DNA of 64,000 nt from Escherichia coli (GTDB lineage Bacteria > Pseudomonadota > Gammaproteobacteria > Enterobacterales > Enterobacteriaceae), in assembly GCF_041248615.1 (NCBI RefSeq), contig NZ_CP158426.1, one strand, 5' to 3'. The position numbers and the translations under genes were made by a program. The notes under the pieces are model-generated. The model worked only from the letters and a program-made list of their open reading frames with translations. It had not been told where the DNA came from and ran no database searches. Shown here piece after piece: positions 1 through 14,137 of this stretch (position 1 is the first letter of the stretch; each line of letters begins with the position of its first letter).

Positions 1-573
1 GGGCAGTTGAAAGAGCGCAAGATGGGCATTAAAGCCGAAGAGTTCAACCTGAAAAAAGGGCTGGTGCTGGCGGTGATGTGCGGCATTTTCTCTGCCGGGA
101 TGTCCTTTGCGATGAACGCCGCAAAACCGATGCATGAAGCCGCTGCCGCACTGGGCGTCGATCCACTGTATGTCGCTCTGCCAAGCTATGTTGTCATCAT
201 GGGAGGCGGCGCGATCATCAACCTCGGTTTCTGCTTCATTCGTCTGGCAAAAGTGAAGGATTTGTCGCTAAAAGCCGACTTCTCGCTGGCAAAACCGCTG
301 ATCATTCACAATGTGTTACTCTCAGCACTGGGCGGGTTGATGTGGTATCTGCAATTCTTTTTCTATGCCTGGGGCCACGCCCGCATTCCGGCGCAGTATG
401 ACTACATCAGTTGGATGCTGCATATGAGCTTCTATGTATTGTGCGGCGGTATCGTCGGGTTGGTGCTGAAAGAGTGGAACAATGCAGGTCGCCGTCCGGT
501 AACGGTGTTGAGCCTCGGTTGTGTAGTGATTATTGTCGCCGCTAACATCGTCGGCATCGGCATGGCGAATTAA
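1..573 (+). CDS. rhaT: L-rhamnose:H+ symporter RhaT, C-terminal portion (5' end lies before the window)
   Basis: Hydrophobic membrane-protein translation in frame from base 1 to the TAA at 571-573; sits next to rhaR/rhaS as in E. coli. The track start at base 7 is an internal TTG, not the true start. Confidence 0.85.
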
Positions 574-1418
574 TCTTTCTGCGAATTGAGATGACGCCAC
601 TGGCTGGGCGTCATCCCGGTTTCCCGGGTAAACACCACCGAAAAATAGTTACTATCTTCAAAGCCACATTCGGTTGAAATATCACTGATTAACAGGCGGC
701 TATGCTGGAGAAGATATTGCGCATGACATACTCTGACCTGCCGCAGATATTGATTGATGGTCATGCCAGTCTGCTGGCGAAATTGCTGACGCAAAACGCG
801 CTCACTGCACGATGCCTCATCACAAAATTCATCCAGCGCAAAGGGACTTTTCAGGCTGGCCGCCAGCCGGGTAATCAGCTTATCCAGCAACGTTTCGCTG
901 TATGTTGGCGGCAACGAATCACTGGTGTAACGATGGCGATTCAGCAACATCACCAACTGCCCGAACAGCAACTCAGCCATTTCGTTAGCAAACGGCACAT
1001 GCTGACTACTTTCATGCTCAAGCTGACCGATAATCTGCCGCGCCTGTGCCATCCCCACGCTACCTAAGCGCCAGTGTGGTTGCCCTGCGCTGGCACTAAA
1101 TCCCGGAATCGCCCCCTGCCAGTCAAGATTCAGCTTCAGCCGCTCCGGGCAATAAATAATATTCTGCAAAACCAGATCGTTAACGGAAGCGTAGGAGTGT
1201 TTATCGTCAGCATGAATGTAAAAGAGATCGCCACGGGTAATGCGATAAGGGCGATCGTTGAGTACATGCAGACCATTACCGCGCCAGACAATTACCAGCT
1301 CACAAAAATCATGTGTATGTTCGGCAAAGACATCTTGCGGATAACGATCAGCCACAGCGACTGCCTGCTGGTCGCTGGCAAAAAAATCATCTTTGAGAAG
1401 TTTTAACTGATGCGCCAC
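570..1418 (-). CDS. rhaR: AraC-family rhamnose regulator RhaR
   Basis: Translation matches the RhaR pattern ([13 protein letters not shown]... with C-terminal AraC HTH). The track ORF extends to 1529; I trimmed to a GTG giving 282 aa from memory of the K-12 length. Start uncertain (alternative 1508). Confidence 0.85.
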
Positions 1419-1491
1419 CGTGGCTACCTCGGCCAGAGAACGAAGTTGATTATTCGCAATATGGCGTACAAATACGTTGAGTAGATTCGCG

Positions 1492-2328
1492 TTATTGCAG
1501 AAAGCCATCCCGTCCCTGACGAATATCACGCGGTGACCAGTTAAACTCTCGGCGAAAAAGCGTCGAAAAGTGGTTACTGTCGCTAAATCCGCAGCGATAG
1601 GCGATGTCAGTAACGCTGGCTTCGCTGTGGCGTAGTAGATGTCGGGCTTTCATCAGTCGCAGGCGGTTCAGGTAACGCTGAGGCGTCAGTCCCGTTTGCT
1701 GCTTAAGCTGCCGATGTAGCGTACGCAGCGAAAGAGAAAATAGATCCGCCACGGCATCCCAATTCACCTCATCGGCAAAATGGTCCTCCAGCCAGGCCAG
1801 AAGCAAGTTGAGACGTGATGCGCTGTTTTCCAGGTTCTCCTGCAAACTGCTTTTACGCAGCAAGAGCAATAATTGCATAAACAAGATCTCGCGACTGGCG
1901 GTCGAGGGTAAATCATTTTCCCCTTCCTGCTGTTCCATCTGTGCAACCAGCTGTCGCACCTGCTGCAACACGCTGTGGTTAACGCGCCAGTGAGACGGAT
2001 ACTGCCCATCCTGCTCTTGTGGCAGCAACTGATTCAGCCCGGCGAGAAACTGAAATCGATCCGGCGAGCGATACAGCACATTGGTCAGACACAGATTATC
2101 GGTATGTTCATACAGATGCCGATCATGATCGCGGACGAAACAGACCGTCCCACCGGCGATGGTATAGGGCTGCCCATTAAACACATGAATACCCGTGCCA
2201 TGTTCGACAATCACAATTTCATGAAAATCATGATGATGTTCAGGAAAATCCGCCTGCGGGAGCCGGGGTTCTATCGCCACGGACGCGTTACCAGACGGAA
2301 AAAAATCCACACTATGTAATACGGTCAT
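1492..2328 (-). CDS. rhaS: AraC-family rhamnose activator RhaS
   Basis: 278 aa, [14 protein letters not shown]..., cupin N-terminal domain plus AraC HTH; divergent from rhaB. Confidence 0.92.
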   Translation of the reverse strand: MTVLHSVDFFPSGNASVAIEPRLPQADFPEHHHDFHEIVIVEHGTGIHVFNGQPYTIAGGTVCFVRDHDRHLYEHTDNLCLTNVLYRSPDRFQFLAGLNQLLPQEQDGQYPSHWRVNHSVLQQVRQLVAQMEQQEGENDLPSTASREILFMQLLLLLRKSSLQENLENSASRLNLLLAWLEDHFADEVNWDAVADLFSLSLRTLHRQLKQQTGLTPQRYLNRLRLMKARHLLRHSEASVTDIAYRCGFSDSNHFSTLFRREFNWSPRDIRQGRDGFLQ

Positions 2329-5341
<3,013 letters not shown>

Positions 5342-5342
5342 A

Positions 5343-5400
5343 CACTGCCGGATGCGGCGCGAGCGCCTTATTCGGCCTACGGGTCGTGCATCCGACAACA
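5343..5400. repeat. REP (palindromic unit) element between rhaA and rhaD
   Basis: gccggatgcggcgcgagcgccttattcggcctac is a REP-type GC-rich imperfect palindrome. Confidence 0.6.
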
Positions 5401-5423
5401 CCGAATTTACAGGAACACAGAAC

Positions 5424-6254
5424 ATGCAAAACATTACCCAGTCCTGGTTTGTCCAGGGAATGATCAAAGCCACCACCGATGCCTGGCTGAAAGGCTGGGA
5501 CGAGCGCAACGGCGGCAACCTGACGCTGCGCCTGGATGACGCCGATATCGCGCTTTATCACGACAACTTCCACCCACAACCGCGCTATATTCCGCTCAGC
5601 CAACCCATGCCTTTACTGGCAAATACGCCGTTTATTGTCACCGGCTCCGGCAAATTCTTCCGTAACGTCCAGCTCGATCCTGCAGCTAACTTAGGCGTCG
5701 TAAAAGTCGACAGCGATGGCGCGGGCTACCATATTCTCTGGGGGTTAACCAACGAAGCCGTCCCCACTTCCGAACTTCCGGCTCACTTCCTTTCCCACTG
5801 CGAGCGCATTAAAGCCACCAACGGTAAAGATCGCGTGATCATGCACTGCCATGCCACCAACCTGATCGCCCTTACCTACGTACTGGAAAACGACACCGCG
5901 GTCTTCACTCGCCAGCTTTGGGAAGGCAGCACCGAGTGTCTGGTAGTGTTCCCGGATGGCGTCGGCATTTTGCCGTGGATGGTGCCCGGCACGGACGAAA
6001 TCGGCCAGGCGACCGCACAGGAAATGCAAAAACATTCGCTGGTGTTGTGGCCCTTCCACGGCGTCTTCGGCAGCGGTCCGACACTGGATGAAACATTCGG
6101 TTTAATCGACACCGCAGAAAAATCAGCACAAGTATTAGTGAAGGTTTATTCGATGGGCGGCATGAAACAGACCATCAGTCGTGAAGAGCTGATAGCGCTC
6201 GGCCAGCGTTTCGGCGTTACACCACTCGCCAGTGCGCTGGCGCTGGCGCTGTAA
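5424..6254 (+). CDS. rhaD: Rhamnulose-1-phosphate aldolase
   Basis: Starts [24 protein letters not shown]...; class II aldolase; track ORF extended upstream over the REP. C-terminus ends ASALALAL encoded by three GCGCTG units. Confidence 0.93.
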   Translation: MQNITQSWFVQGMIKATTDAWLKGWDERNGGNLTLRLDDADIALYHDNFHPQPRYIPLSQPMPLLANTPFIVTGSGKFFRNVQLDPAANLGVVKVDSDGAGYHILWGLTNEAVPTSELPAHFLSHCERIKATNGKDRVIMHCHATNLIALTYVLENDTAVFTRQLWEGSTECLVVFPDGVGILPWMVPGTDEIGQATAQEMQKHSLVLWPFHGVFGSGPTLDETFGLIDTAEKSAQVLVKVYSMGGMKQTISREELIALGQRFGVTPLASALALAL

Positions 6255-6263
6255 GGAGCAAAC

Positions 6264-6578
6264 ATGATCCGCAAAGCCTTTGTCATGCAGGTTAACCCCG
6301 ACGCCCACGAAGAGTATCAGCGTCGGCATAATCCAATCTGGCCGGAACTGGAAGCAGTGTTGAAATCTCACGGTGCGCATAACTACACCATTTACCTCGA
6401 CAAAGCGCGTAATCTGCTGTTTGCCACGGTAGAGATTGAATCTGAAGAACGGTGGAATGCGGTAGCCAGTACTGATGTTTGCCAACGTTGGTGGAAATAT
6501 ATGACCGACGTTATGCCAGCTAACCCGGATAACAGCCCAGTCAGTAGCGAGCTGCAAGAAGTGTTTTACCTGCCTTAA
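6264..6578 (+). CDS. rhaM: L-rhamnose mutarotase
   Basis: 104 aa [30 protein letters not shown]...; follows rhaD. Confidence 0.92.
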   Translation: MIRKAFVMQVNPDAHEEYQRRHNPIWPELEAVLKSHGAHNYTIYLDKARNLLFATVEIESEERWNAVASTDVCQRWWKYMTDVMPANPDNSPVSSELQEVFYLP

Positions 6579-6618
6579 TGAGTTGCGGTGCCGGAAAATA
6601 TCCAGCACCGCGACTTCA

Positions 6619-8013
6619 TCAGAAGAAGTATTTAAAGCGAACGCGTGCGCCGTAACGGTCATCAGTATCATCACCGTGTTTTTTATCACCGTCGCTATCC
6701 AGAATGGAGTAATACGTCCCGAGGTAAATATTAAAGTTCTCCATATCCATCACATTAGCGAACTGATAAGACGCATGAATGGTGTGAATGGTGTACGTCC
6801 CTTCATCATCAATCCAGCAGTCGTTATCACAAACTACACCGCTGAATTCATCAATCTTATTGTGCGCGTAGATATAACCCAGCTCGAAACGTTTCCACAG
6901 CGCGTTAATCCCGGCAGTGAAATCTTTCTCATTATTAGCATCTAAATAGGCGGTATTAAGATTAACCACGACACCATTTTCCGGATCCGTTTTCAGGCCA
7001 TTCCAGGTCATGCTCATACCATAGCCGGTACGATCGGACTGATCGACAAAATTACCCTTGCTATCGGTATAACCATAAGCATTATTTACCACGTTCGCTT
7101 CCATCGCTGCGGAAACGGTGAATTCTTCCGTCGGCGACCAGGCAATTACCGGACGCAGATAAGCAACATTTTTCTGCTGCTCCATATCGCGTCCATGATA
7201 ATTACCGTCATTATATAAAGATGTTCCGTCTTCAAGTAACGTGTTTAATTCAAAATACCAGTTATCAAGTTGTTTGCTGACGAGGAAATTACCGCCAGCG
7301 TTAGAGCGCCCGCGGCCCTCTTTCATCATATAGATATAACCGCTGCCATCGTCATAAAGATCGTTCGCAGTATTACCGGAATGTTCAACAAAGGTATCCT
7401 GATTCAGCGGGAACATATCATAGGCTTCGAAACGACCGACTTTGACCTTCCAGTCATTCTCTTTGCCAAAGAAGAATACCGCATCATCGATATTTACTGA
7501 ACCGTGCATGTCCCCCAGCGGTTGTGCGGAGAACCCGGCGAAATAACCATTATCCAGTTTTCGCATACCATCAAAACCTAACAGAATACGACCATTGAGA
7601 TTCCACTGTTCATTAGTGGGATCGCTATTCACATCAGCGTTGGTCATTGCCAGCAAGCCATGATTACTTTCCGCATCCATATTAAATTCTACGTCGCCGT
7701 AGATTTTTAAATCGCCATAACCTGAGAGCAAAAGATTAGGTGAGGTGGCATTTTTCTTTGCAGATTCCGCCGTTGCCTGTCCATTTACCGGCGTATTGCC
7801 CTGAGCGGCCTTAATTTCGCGGATCTCAGCGGCTTGTTGTGTCTGCAACTGTTTAACCTGGCTCTCTGCTTTTGCCGCCCGCATTTCTGCCGCTTCCAGG
7901 CGTTCTTCCAGCAATGCCATGCGTTGTTCCAGCGTTAAATGCTGTGTTTTTGCCATACCGGTACTACATGCCAATAATAAACCGATGGCTAAAGATAATG
8001 TCGATTTTTTCAT
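6619..8013 (-). CDS. Outer-membrane carbohydrate-selective porin (OprB-like), with N-terminal coiled-coil region
   Basis: 464 aa; signal peptide MKKSTLSLAIGLLLACSTGMA; heptad-like charged stretch (LEQRMALLEERLEAAEMRAAKAESQVKQLQTQQAAEIREIKAAQ) reminiscent of the ScrY N-terminal extension; aromatic/Gly/Asn/Asp-rich beta-barrel body ending in the C-terminal Phe signature ...RFKYFF. Family call is from pattern only. Occupies the position where K-12 has the frv operon (from memory). Confidence 0.7.
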   Translation of the reverse strand: MKKSTLSLAIGLLLACSTGMAKTQHLTLEQRMALLEERLEAAEMRAAKAESQVKQLQTQQAAEIREIKAAQGNTPVNGQATAESAKKNATSPNLLLSGYGDLKIYGDVEFNMDAESNHGLLAMTNADVNSDPTNEQWNLNGRILLGFDGMRKLDNGYFAGFSAQPLGDMHGSVNIDDAVFFFGKENDWKVKVGRFEAYDMFPLNQDTFVEHSGNTANDLYDDGSGYIYMMKEGRGRSNAGGNFLVSKQLDNWYFELNTLLEDGTSLYNDGNYHGRDMEQQKNVAYLRPVIAWSPTEEFTVSAAMEANVVNNAYGYTDSKGNFVDQSDRTGYGMSMTWNGLKTDPENGVVVNLNTAYLDANNEKDFTAGINALWKRFELGYIYAHNKIDEFSGVVCDNDCWIDDEGTYTIHTIHASYQFANVMDMENFNIYLGTYYSILDSDGDKKHGDDTDDRYGARVRFKYFF

Positions 8014-8366
8014 TATTTACGTTCCCTGAAATAAAGGAGGCCCTACGCTTTCCAAAAGGAATACGTATATAGAGAAATATAAAGTGTGCACTTTCGAATT
8101 TTTAATCCAACTTCAGCAGGCCGATGGATAGTATCCCGCCGCATAATATGAGTAAATCCGCTGATTTCCTGGAACGTGAGGAATATAACAATAGTGCCGT
8201 TTTTAACCAAATATCGTAAAAAATATTAGATATAATTCACGCTGACTCATAAGCCACAAATATAAATAACGCTTAAACAAATTATCTGAGACATTTAAAC
8301 ATTCACAACATCATTAAATAATGATACTTTATTCACAAAATTTATCCTTCACTCTGCTTTATATTG

Positions 8367-9095
8367 TCACGACTTCGTGACATATCCGCGCTCATCACAA
8401 ACCCGCCCCGCGATTACAATTGACTGAAATATTTCATCGACCATTTCGTTGTACTCGCGTAACGCTCGCGGAAATGAGTCGTCGACCATCCAGCTTGTGT
8501 TTGCATCCTGAAGTTGCTCTTTATCCCAGTCAGAGTACGGAACTTTATCTCTGACGCGGCGAACATATTTTTTAGCCTCGAGTTGATACTGGTCTGCCGA
8601 ATTAATGAACGAGAAATTCATACCGCCTTTATCCGCTTCTTTGGCCTGCGCCACCAGCGTTTCCAGTTCAGAGACTTTCTTCATTGCCGCATCAACATCA
8701 AACTTCTCTTGCGATATCAGGTTATTAATTTGTTTCGCTGAAATCATGACTGCCAGAGAATAGTAGTGGAATGTTTTCCCTTCTCTTTCTTCAATATTTT
8801 TCAGTTCCGCAAGCTGACGCTTATCATTAATTTCCTGGATCGCCGCATGATAAGATTCGGCTACAGGTTCAAAGGCGTCCAGATTTTTTAAGAATGTCTG
8901 GTGCAGCGTTTTCCCTTTCGCAAACGCATCGTCTTTATAATTTTCCTGGGTGTAATATTTATCCATTTCGTTAATGGTATTACCCAACGCCACGGCAGCA
9001 TCAATATAACTCACCGCCACGCCATCAATAGGTTGCAGCGCAGGCGTTAACGCTACTACACGCGTTTTGTTTATAAATAAAATAATAAAATTCAC
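8367..9095 (-). CDS. yiiG: YiiG-like hypothetical protein (DUF3829-like), possibly truncated or divergent
   Basis: 242-aa ORF immediately downstream of fdhD, where K-12 has yiiG. Starts at a GTG abutting the fdhD terminator hairpin, with no signal peptide. I recall K-12 YiiG as longer, so this may be a fragment or a shorter allele. Confidence 0.5.
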   Translation of the reverse strand: MNFIILFINKTRVVALTPALQPIDGVAVSYIDAAVALGNTINEMDKYYTQENYKDDAFAKGKTLHQTFLKNLDAFEPVAESYHAAIQEINDKRQLAELKNIEEREGKTFHYYSLAVMISAKQINNLISQEKFDVDAAMKKVSELETLVAQAKEADKGGMNFSFINSADQYQLEAKKYVRRVRDKVPYSDWDKEQLQDANTSWMVDDSFPRALREYNEMVDEIFQSIVIAGRVCDERGYVTKS

Positions 9096-9099
9096 GAAA

Positions 9100-9140
9100 T
9101 GAATAAGTCCTGCAATTTAATATATATCGCAGGACTTATT
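9100..9140 (-). terminator. Hairpin terminator downstream of fdhD
   Basis: Inverted repeat aataagtcctgc ... gcaggacttatt in AT-rich context immediately after the fdhD stop. Confidence 0.55.
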
Positions 9141-9144
9141 TTAA

Positions 9145-9978
9145 TTAATTGCTCAAACGCTGTGGATGAGTATAAACCGTTGCCCGACCCGGTTTACAAA
9201 AGCCCACCAGCGTCAAATTACAGCGTTCAGCCACTTCTACAGCAAGTGTGGTCGCGGCAGACACCGCAAACAAAATCTCTACGCCACACATCGCCGACTT
9301 TTGCACCATTTCATAGCTGGCACGGCTGGAAACCAGCACCGCACCTTGCTGCCAGCTTTCCCCTTCTTGTGACCGGCGGCCTAACAGTTTGTCCAGCGCC
9401 ACATGGCGACCCACGTCTTCATGCCCGCCGACCAGTTCGCCAGATGGCAACATCCATGCAGCGGCGTGAGTACAACCGGTCAGTTGCCCCACTGGCTGGA
9501 AATCATTAAGATGACGTAATGCATCATCCAGTTTGTTGAGATCAAACGTCTGGGTGAACGGCAGCGGCTGCACCGGTTTTCCGATATCATTAAGTTGCTC
9601 CACGCCGCACACGCCGCAGCCTGTACGCCCGGCCAGCGCCCGGCGACGTTCCTTCAACCCCATAAAGCGGCGGCTGGAAAGCTCAATTTGAACTTCAAGA
9701 CCATTACAGGAAGGAACGACATCCATGCCGAAGATATCGCGCGGACTTTCTATTATCCCCTCGGAAAGCGAAAAACCGAGCGCAAAGTACTCAAGGTCTT
9801 TGGGCGACGCCATCATCACCACATGCGAAATGCCGTTGTAGACCAGCGCAACGGGAACTTCTTCCGCGACCTCATCTAACCGTGGGTGTTGTAAATCATC
9901 ACGCCGCCATAACTCAATTTGACGAACACCTGTGATATTTGTCACATTTTCGATTTCTTTTTGCTGTGTTTTTTTCAC
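9145..9978 (-). CDS. fdhD: Formate dehydrogenase accessory sulfurtransferase FdhD
   Basis: 277 aa [28 protein letters not shown]...; divergent from fdoG. Confidence 0.93.
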
Positions 9979-10171
9979 TTTCTCTTAACCAGATAAGAAC
10001 ACACACACCAACATTATGGTATTCTGTTACAAACCCTTCCTGGATGGAGGGAAATTGAGCCAATTCTGGACCTTTGCGGCCCCTTCCGCAAAGAAAAATA
10101 ACTCCCACTCCCTGCACACGCAGCAAGCGAATGTAAATGGGACGTGACAATGTCGAAACAAGGAGCAATCC

Positions 10172-13100
10172 ATGCAGGTCAGCAGAAGGCAGTTCTTTAA
10201 GATCTGCGCTGGCGGTATGGCAGGCACCACGGCAGCGGCACTGGGTTTTGCACCCAGCGTAGCACTCGCGGAAACCCGGCAGTATAAACTGCTGCGCACC
10301 CGCGAAACCCGTAATACCTGCACCTATTGTTCCGTAGGCTGTGGGCTGTTGATGTACAGCCTCGGTGACGGAGCAAAAAACGCCAAAGCATCTATCTTCC
10401 ATATCGAAGGCGATCCGGATCACCCGGTCAACCGCGGTGCACTTTGTCCGAAAGGCGCTGGCCTGGTGGATTTCATCCACTCCGAAAGCCGTCTGAAGTT
10501 TCCGGAATACCGTGCGCCAGGTTCTGATAAATGGCAGCAAATCAGTTGGGAAGAGGCGTTTGATCGCATCGCCAAACTGATGAAAGAAGACCGCGATGCT
10601 AACTACATTGCGCAAAACGCCGAAGGCGTGACTGTTAACCGCTGGCTCTCCACCGGGATGCTGTGTGCTTCCGCGTCGAGTAACGAAACCGGCTATTTAA
10701 CGCAAAAATTCTCCCGCGCGCTGGGTATGCTCGCGGTCGACAACCAGGCGCGTGTCTGACACGGACCAACGGTAGCAAGTCTTGCTCCAACATTTGGTCG
10801 CGGTGCGATGACCAACCACTGGGTCGACATCAAGAACGCCAACCTCGTCGTGGTGATGGGCGGTAACGCCGCTGAAGCTCACCCGGTCGGGTTCCGCTGG
10901 GCGATGGAAGCCAAAATTCACAACGGCGCGAAGCTGATTGTGATCGATCCTCGCTTTACGCGTACGGCGGCGGTGGCTGACTACTATGCCCCTATTCGTT
11001 CCGGTACTGACATTGCTTTCCTGTCAGGCGTATTGCTGTACCTGCTGAACAATGAAAAATTCAACCGCGAATACACCGAAGCCTATACCAACGCCAGCCT
11101 TATCGTGCGTGAGGATTACGGCTTTGAAGATGGCCTGTTCACCGGCTACGACGCGGAAAAACGCAAGTACGATAAATCCTCCTGGACTTACGAACTGGAC
11201 GAAAACGGCTTCGCCAAACGCGATACCACGCTGCAACATCCGCGCTGCGTGTGGAACTTGCTGAAACAGCACGTTTCCCGCTACACGCCAGATGTGGTTG
11301 AAAACATCTGTGGTACGCCAAAAGACGCGTTCCTGAAAGTCTGCGAATACATCGCCGAAACCAGTGCTCACGATAAAACTGCCTCGTTCCTGTATGCCCT
11401 CGGCTGGACGCAACACTCTGTTGGTGCGCAAAACATTCGTACGATGGCGATGATCCAGCTGCTGCTCGGCAATATGGGGATGGCAGGCGGCGGCGTTAAC
11501 GCCCTGCGCGGTCACTCCAATATTCAGGGGCTGACGGACCTGGGGCTGCTGTCGCAGAGCCTGCCGGGTTACATGACGTTGCCGAGCGAGAAGCAGACCG
11601 ATCTGCAAACCTACCTTACAGCCAACACGCCAAAACCGCTGCTGGAAGGTCAGGTAAACTACTGGGGCAACTACCCGAAATTCTTCGTCTCCATGATGAA
11701 GGCCTTCTTTGGTGATAAAGCGACGGCGGAAAATAGCTGGGGCTTTGACTGGTTGCCGAAGTGGGATAAAGGCTACGACGTCCTGCAATACTTCGAGATG
11801 ATGAAAGAAGGCAAGGTCAATGGCTATATCTGCCAGGGCTTTAACCCTGTTGCCTCATTCCCGAACAAAAACAAAGTGATCGGTTGTCTGTCGAAACTGA
11901 AGTTCCTCGTCACCATCGACCCGCTGAACACTGAAACCTCTAACTTCTGGCAGAACCACGGTGAGCTGAACGAAGTTGACTCGTCGAAGATCCAGACCGA
12001 AGTGTTCCGTCTGCCATCGACCTGCTTCGCGGAAGAGAACGGTTCTATCGTTAACTCCGGTCGCTGGTTGCAGTGGCACTGGAAAGGTGCGGACGCCCCG
12101 GGGATTGCGCTGACTGATGGCGAGATCCTCTCCGGTATCTTCCTGCGCTTGCGCAAGATGTATGCCGAACAGGGTGGCGCGAACCCGGACCAGGTGCTGA
12201 ACATGACCTGGAACTACGCCATCCCGCATGAGCCGAAGTCGGAAGAAGTGGCGATGGAGAGCAACGGTAAGGCGCTGGCCGATATTACCGATCCGGCAAC
12301 CGGGGCGGTTATCGTCAAGAAAGGCCAACAACTTAGCTCGTTCGCCCAACTGCGCGATGACGGTACCACCTCCTGTGGCTGCTGGATTTTCGCCGGTAGC
12401 TGGACGCCAGAGGGCAACCAGATGGCACGCCGTGATAACGCCGATCCGTCTGGCCTCGGTAACACGCTGGGCTGGGCATGGGCATGGCCGCTTAACCGCC
12501 GCATTCTGTATAACCGCGCCTCCGCAGATCCGCAGGGTAACCCGTGGGATCCGAAGCGTCAGTTGCTGAAATGGGACGGCACCAAATGGACCGGCTGGGA
12601 TATTCCGGACTACAGCGCAGCACCTCCGGGCAGTGGCGTCGGGCCGTTTATCATGCAGCAGGAAGGCATGGGACGTCTGTTTGCCCTTGATAAGATGGCG
12701 GAAGGTCCGTTCCCGGAACACTACGAGCCGTTTGAAACGCCGCTGGGAACTAACCCGCTGCATCCAAACGTTATCTCGAACCCGGCTGCGCGTATCTTTA
12801 AAGACGACGCCGAAGCGTTGGGTAAAGCCGATAAGTTCCCGTATGTCGGAACCACCTATCGTCTGACCGAGCACTTCCACTACTGGACCAAACACGCGCT
12901 GTTGAACGCGATTTTGCAACCAGAGCAGTTTGTGGAAATCGGGGAGTCGCTGGCGAATAAACTTGGCATTGCCCAGGGCGATACCGTGAAAGTCTCCTCC
13001 AACCGTGGCTATATCAAAGCCAAAGCGGTGGTGACCAAACGTATTCGCACGCTGAAAGCGAACGGCAAAGATATCGATACCATCGGTATTCCGATTCACT

Positions 13101-13222
13101 GGGGCTATGAAGGCGTAGCTAAAAAAGGCTTTATTGCCAATACGTTAACGCCATTCGTTGGTGATGCGAACACGCAGACGCCGGAGTTTAAGTCCTTCCT
13201 TGTGAATGTGGAAAAGGTGTAA
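10172..13222 (+). CDS. fdoG: Formate dehydrogenase-O major (alpha) subunit, selenocysteine-containing
   Basis: Track ORFs 10172..10759 and 10808..13222 are in the same frame, separated by one in-frame TGA at 10757-10759 (context ...ARV-TGA-HGPT...). Twin-arginine signal MQVSRRQFFK; Cys cluster CTYCSVGCG; molybdopterin oxidoreductase body. Total 1016 codons. Confidence 0.93.
10757..10800 (+). other. Selenocysteine UGA codon and downstream SECIS stem-loop in fdoG
   Basis: In-frame TGA followed by cacggaccaacggtagcaagtcttgctccaacatttggtcg, which can fold into a hairpin directly 3' of the UGA as expected for a bacterial SECIS. Confidence 0.75.
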
Positions 13223-13234
13223 CGGAGACGACAT

Positions 13235-14137
13235 ATGGCTTATCAATCTCAAGATATCATTCGTCGTTCCGCGACTAACGGTCTGACCCCCGCGCCTCAG
13301 GCGCGGGACTTCCAGGAAGAAGTGGCGAAACTTATCGACGTCACCACCTGTATCGGCTGTAAAGCCTGTCAGGTGGCGTGTTCAGAGTGGAACGACATTC
13401 GCGATACCGTCGGCAATAACATTGGGGTGTACGACAACCCCAATGATTTAAGCGCCAAATCGTGGACGGTAATGCGCTTCTCGGAAGTGGAGCAGAACGA
13501 CAAACTGGAATGGCTGATCCGCAAAGACGGCTGTATGCACTGTTCCGATCCAGGCTGCCTGAAAGCGTGCCCGGCGGAAGGTGCAATTATTCAGTATGCC
13601 AACGGTATCGTCGACTTCCAGTCCGAGCAGTGCATTGGCTGCGGTTATTGCATTGCGGGCTGTCCGTTCGACATTCCGCGCCTCAACCCGGAAGACAACC
13701 GCGTCTACAAATGTACGCTGTGCGTTGACCGCGTGGTGGTTGGGCAAGAACCAGCCTGCGTGAAGACCTGCCCAACGGGCGCGATTCACTTCGGTACGAA
13801 AGAGTCGATGAAAACGCTGGCGAGCGAGCGCGTTGCTGAGCTGAAAACCCGCGGTTACGACAATGCGGGTCTGTACGATCCGGCAGGCGTTGGTGGTACA
13901 CACGTCATGTACGTGCTGCACCATGCTGACAAGCCAAATCTGTATCATGGCTTGCCGGAGAACCCGGAAATCAGCGAAACCGTGAAATTCTGGAAAGGCA
14001 TCTGGAAACCGCTCGCAGCCGTTGGCTTTGCGGCTACCTTCGCAGCCAGTATCTTCCACTACGTGGGTGTCGGTCCGAACCGTGCGGATGAGGAAGAGAA
14101 TAATCTGCACGAAGAGAAAGACGAGGAGCGCAAATGA
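13235..14137 (+). CDS. fdoH: Formate dehydrogenase-O iron-sulfur (beta) subunit
   Basis: 300 aa with four ferredoxin-type Cys clusters ([39 protein letters not shown]) and a C-terminal transmembrane helix. Confidence 0.93.

Noticed and set aside
8014-8366. AT-rich 350-bp tract upstream of the porin gene, considered as a possible sRNA or small-ORF locus
   Set aside because: No convincing ribosome-binding site plus ORF, no terminator-like hairpin, and no repeat structure; most simply the promoter/regulatory region of the porin gene and a possible remnant of the replaced locus.
11855-13099. 414-aa minus-strand ORF (and others at 11024..11788, 12214..12504)
   Set aside because: Antisense within fdoG; the sense frame encodes a conserved molybdoenzyme.
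10808-13222. Stand-alone 804-aa ORF and separate 195-aa ORF 10172..10759 as two genes, or fdoG as a pseudogene
   Set aside because: Same reading frame separated only by a TGA in the conserved selenocysteine context; treated as one selenoprotein gene.
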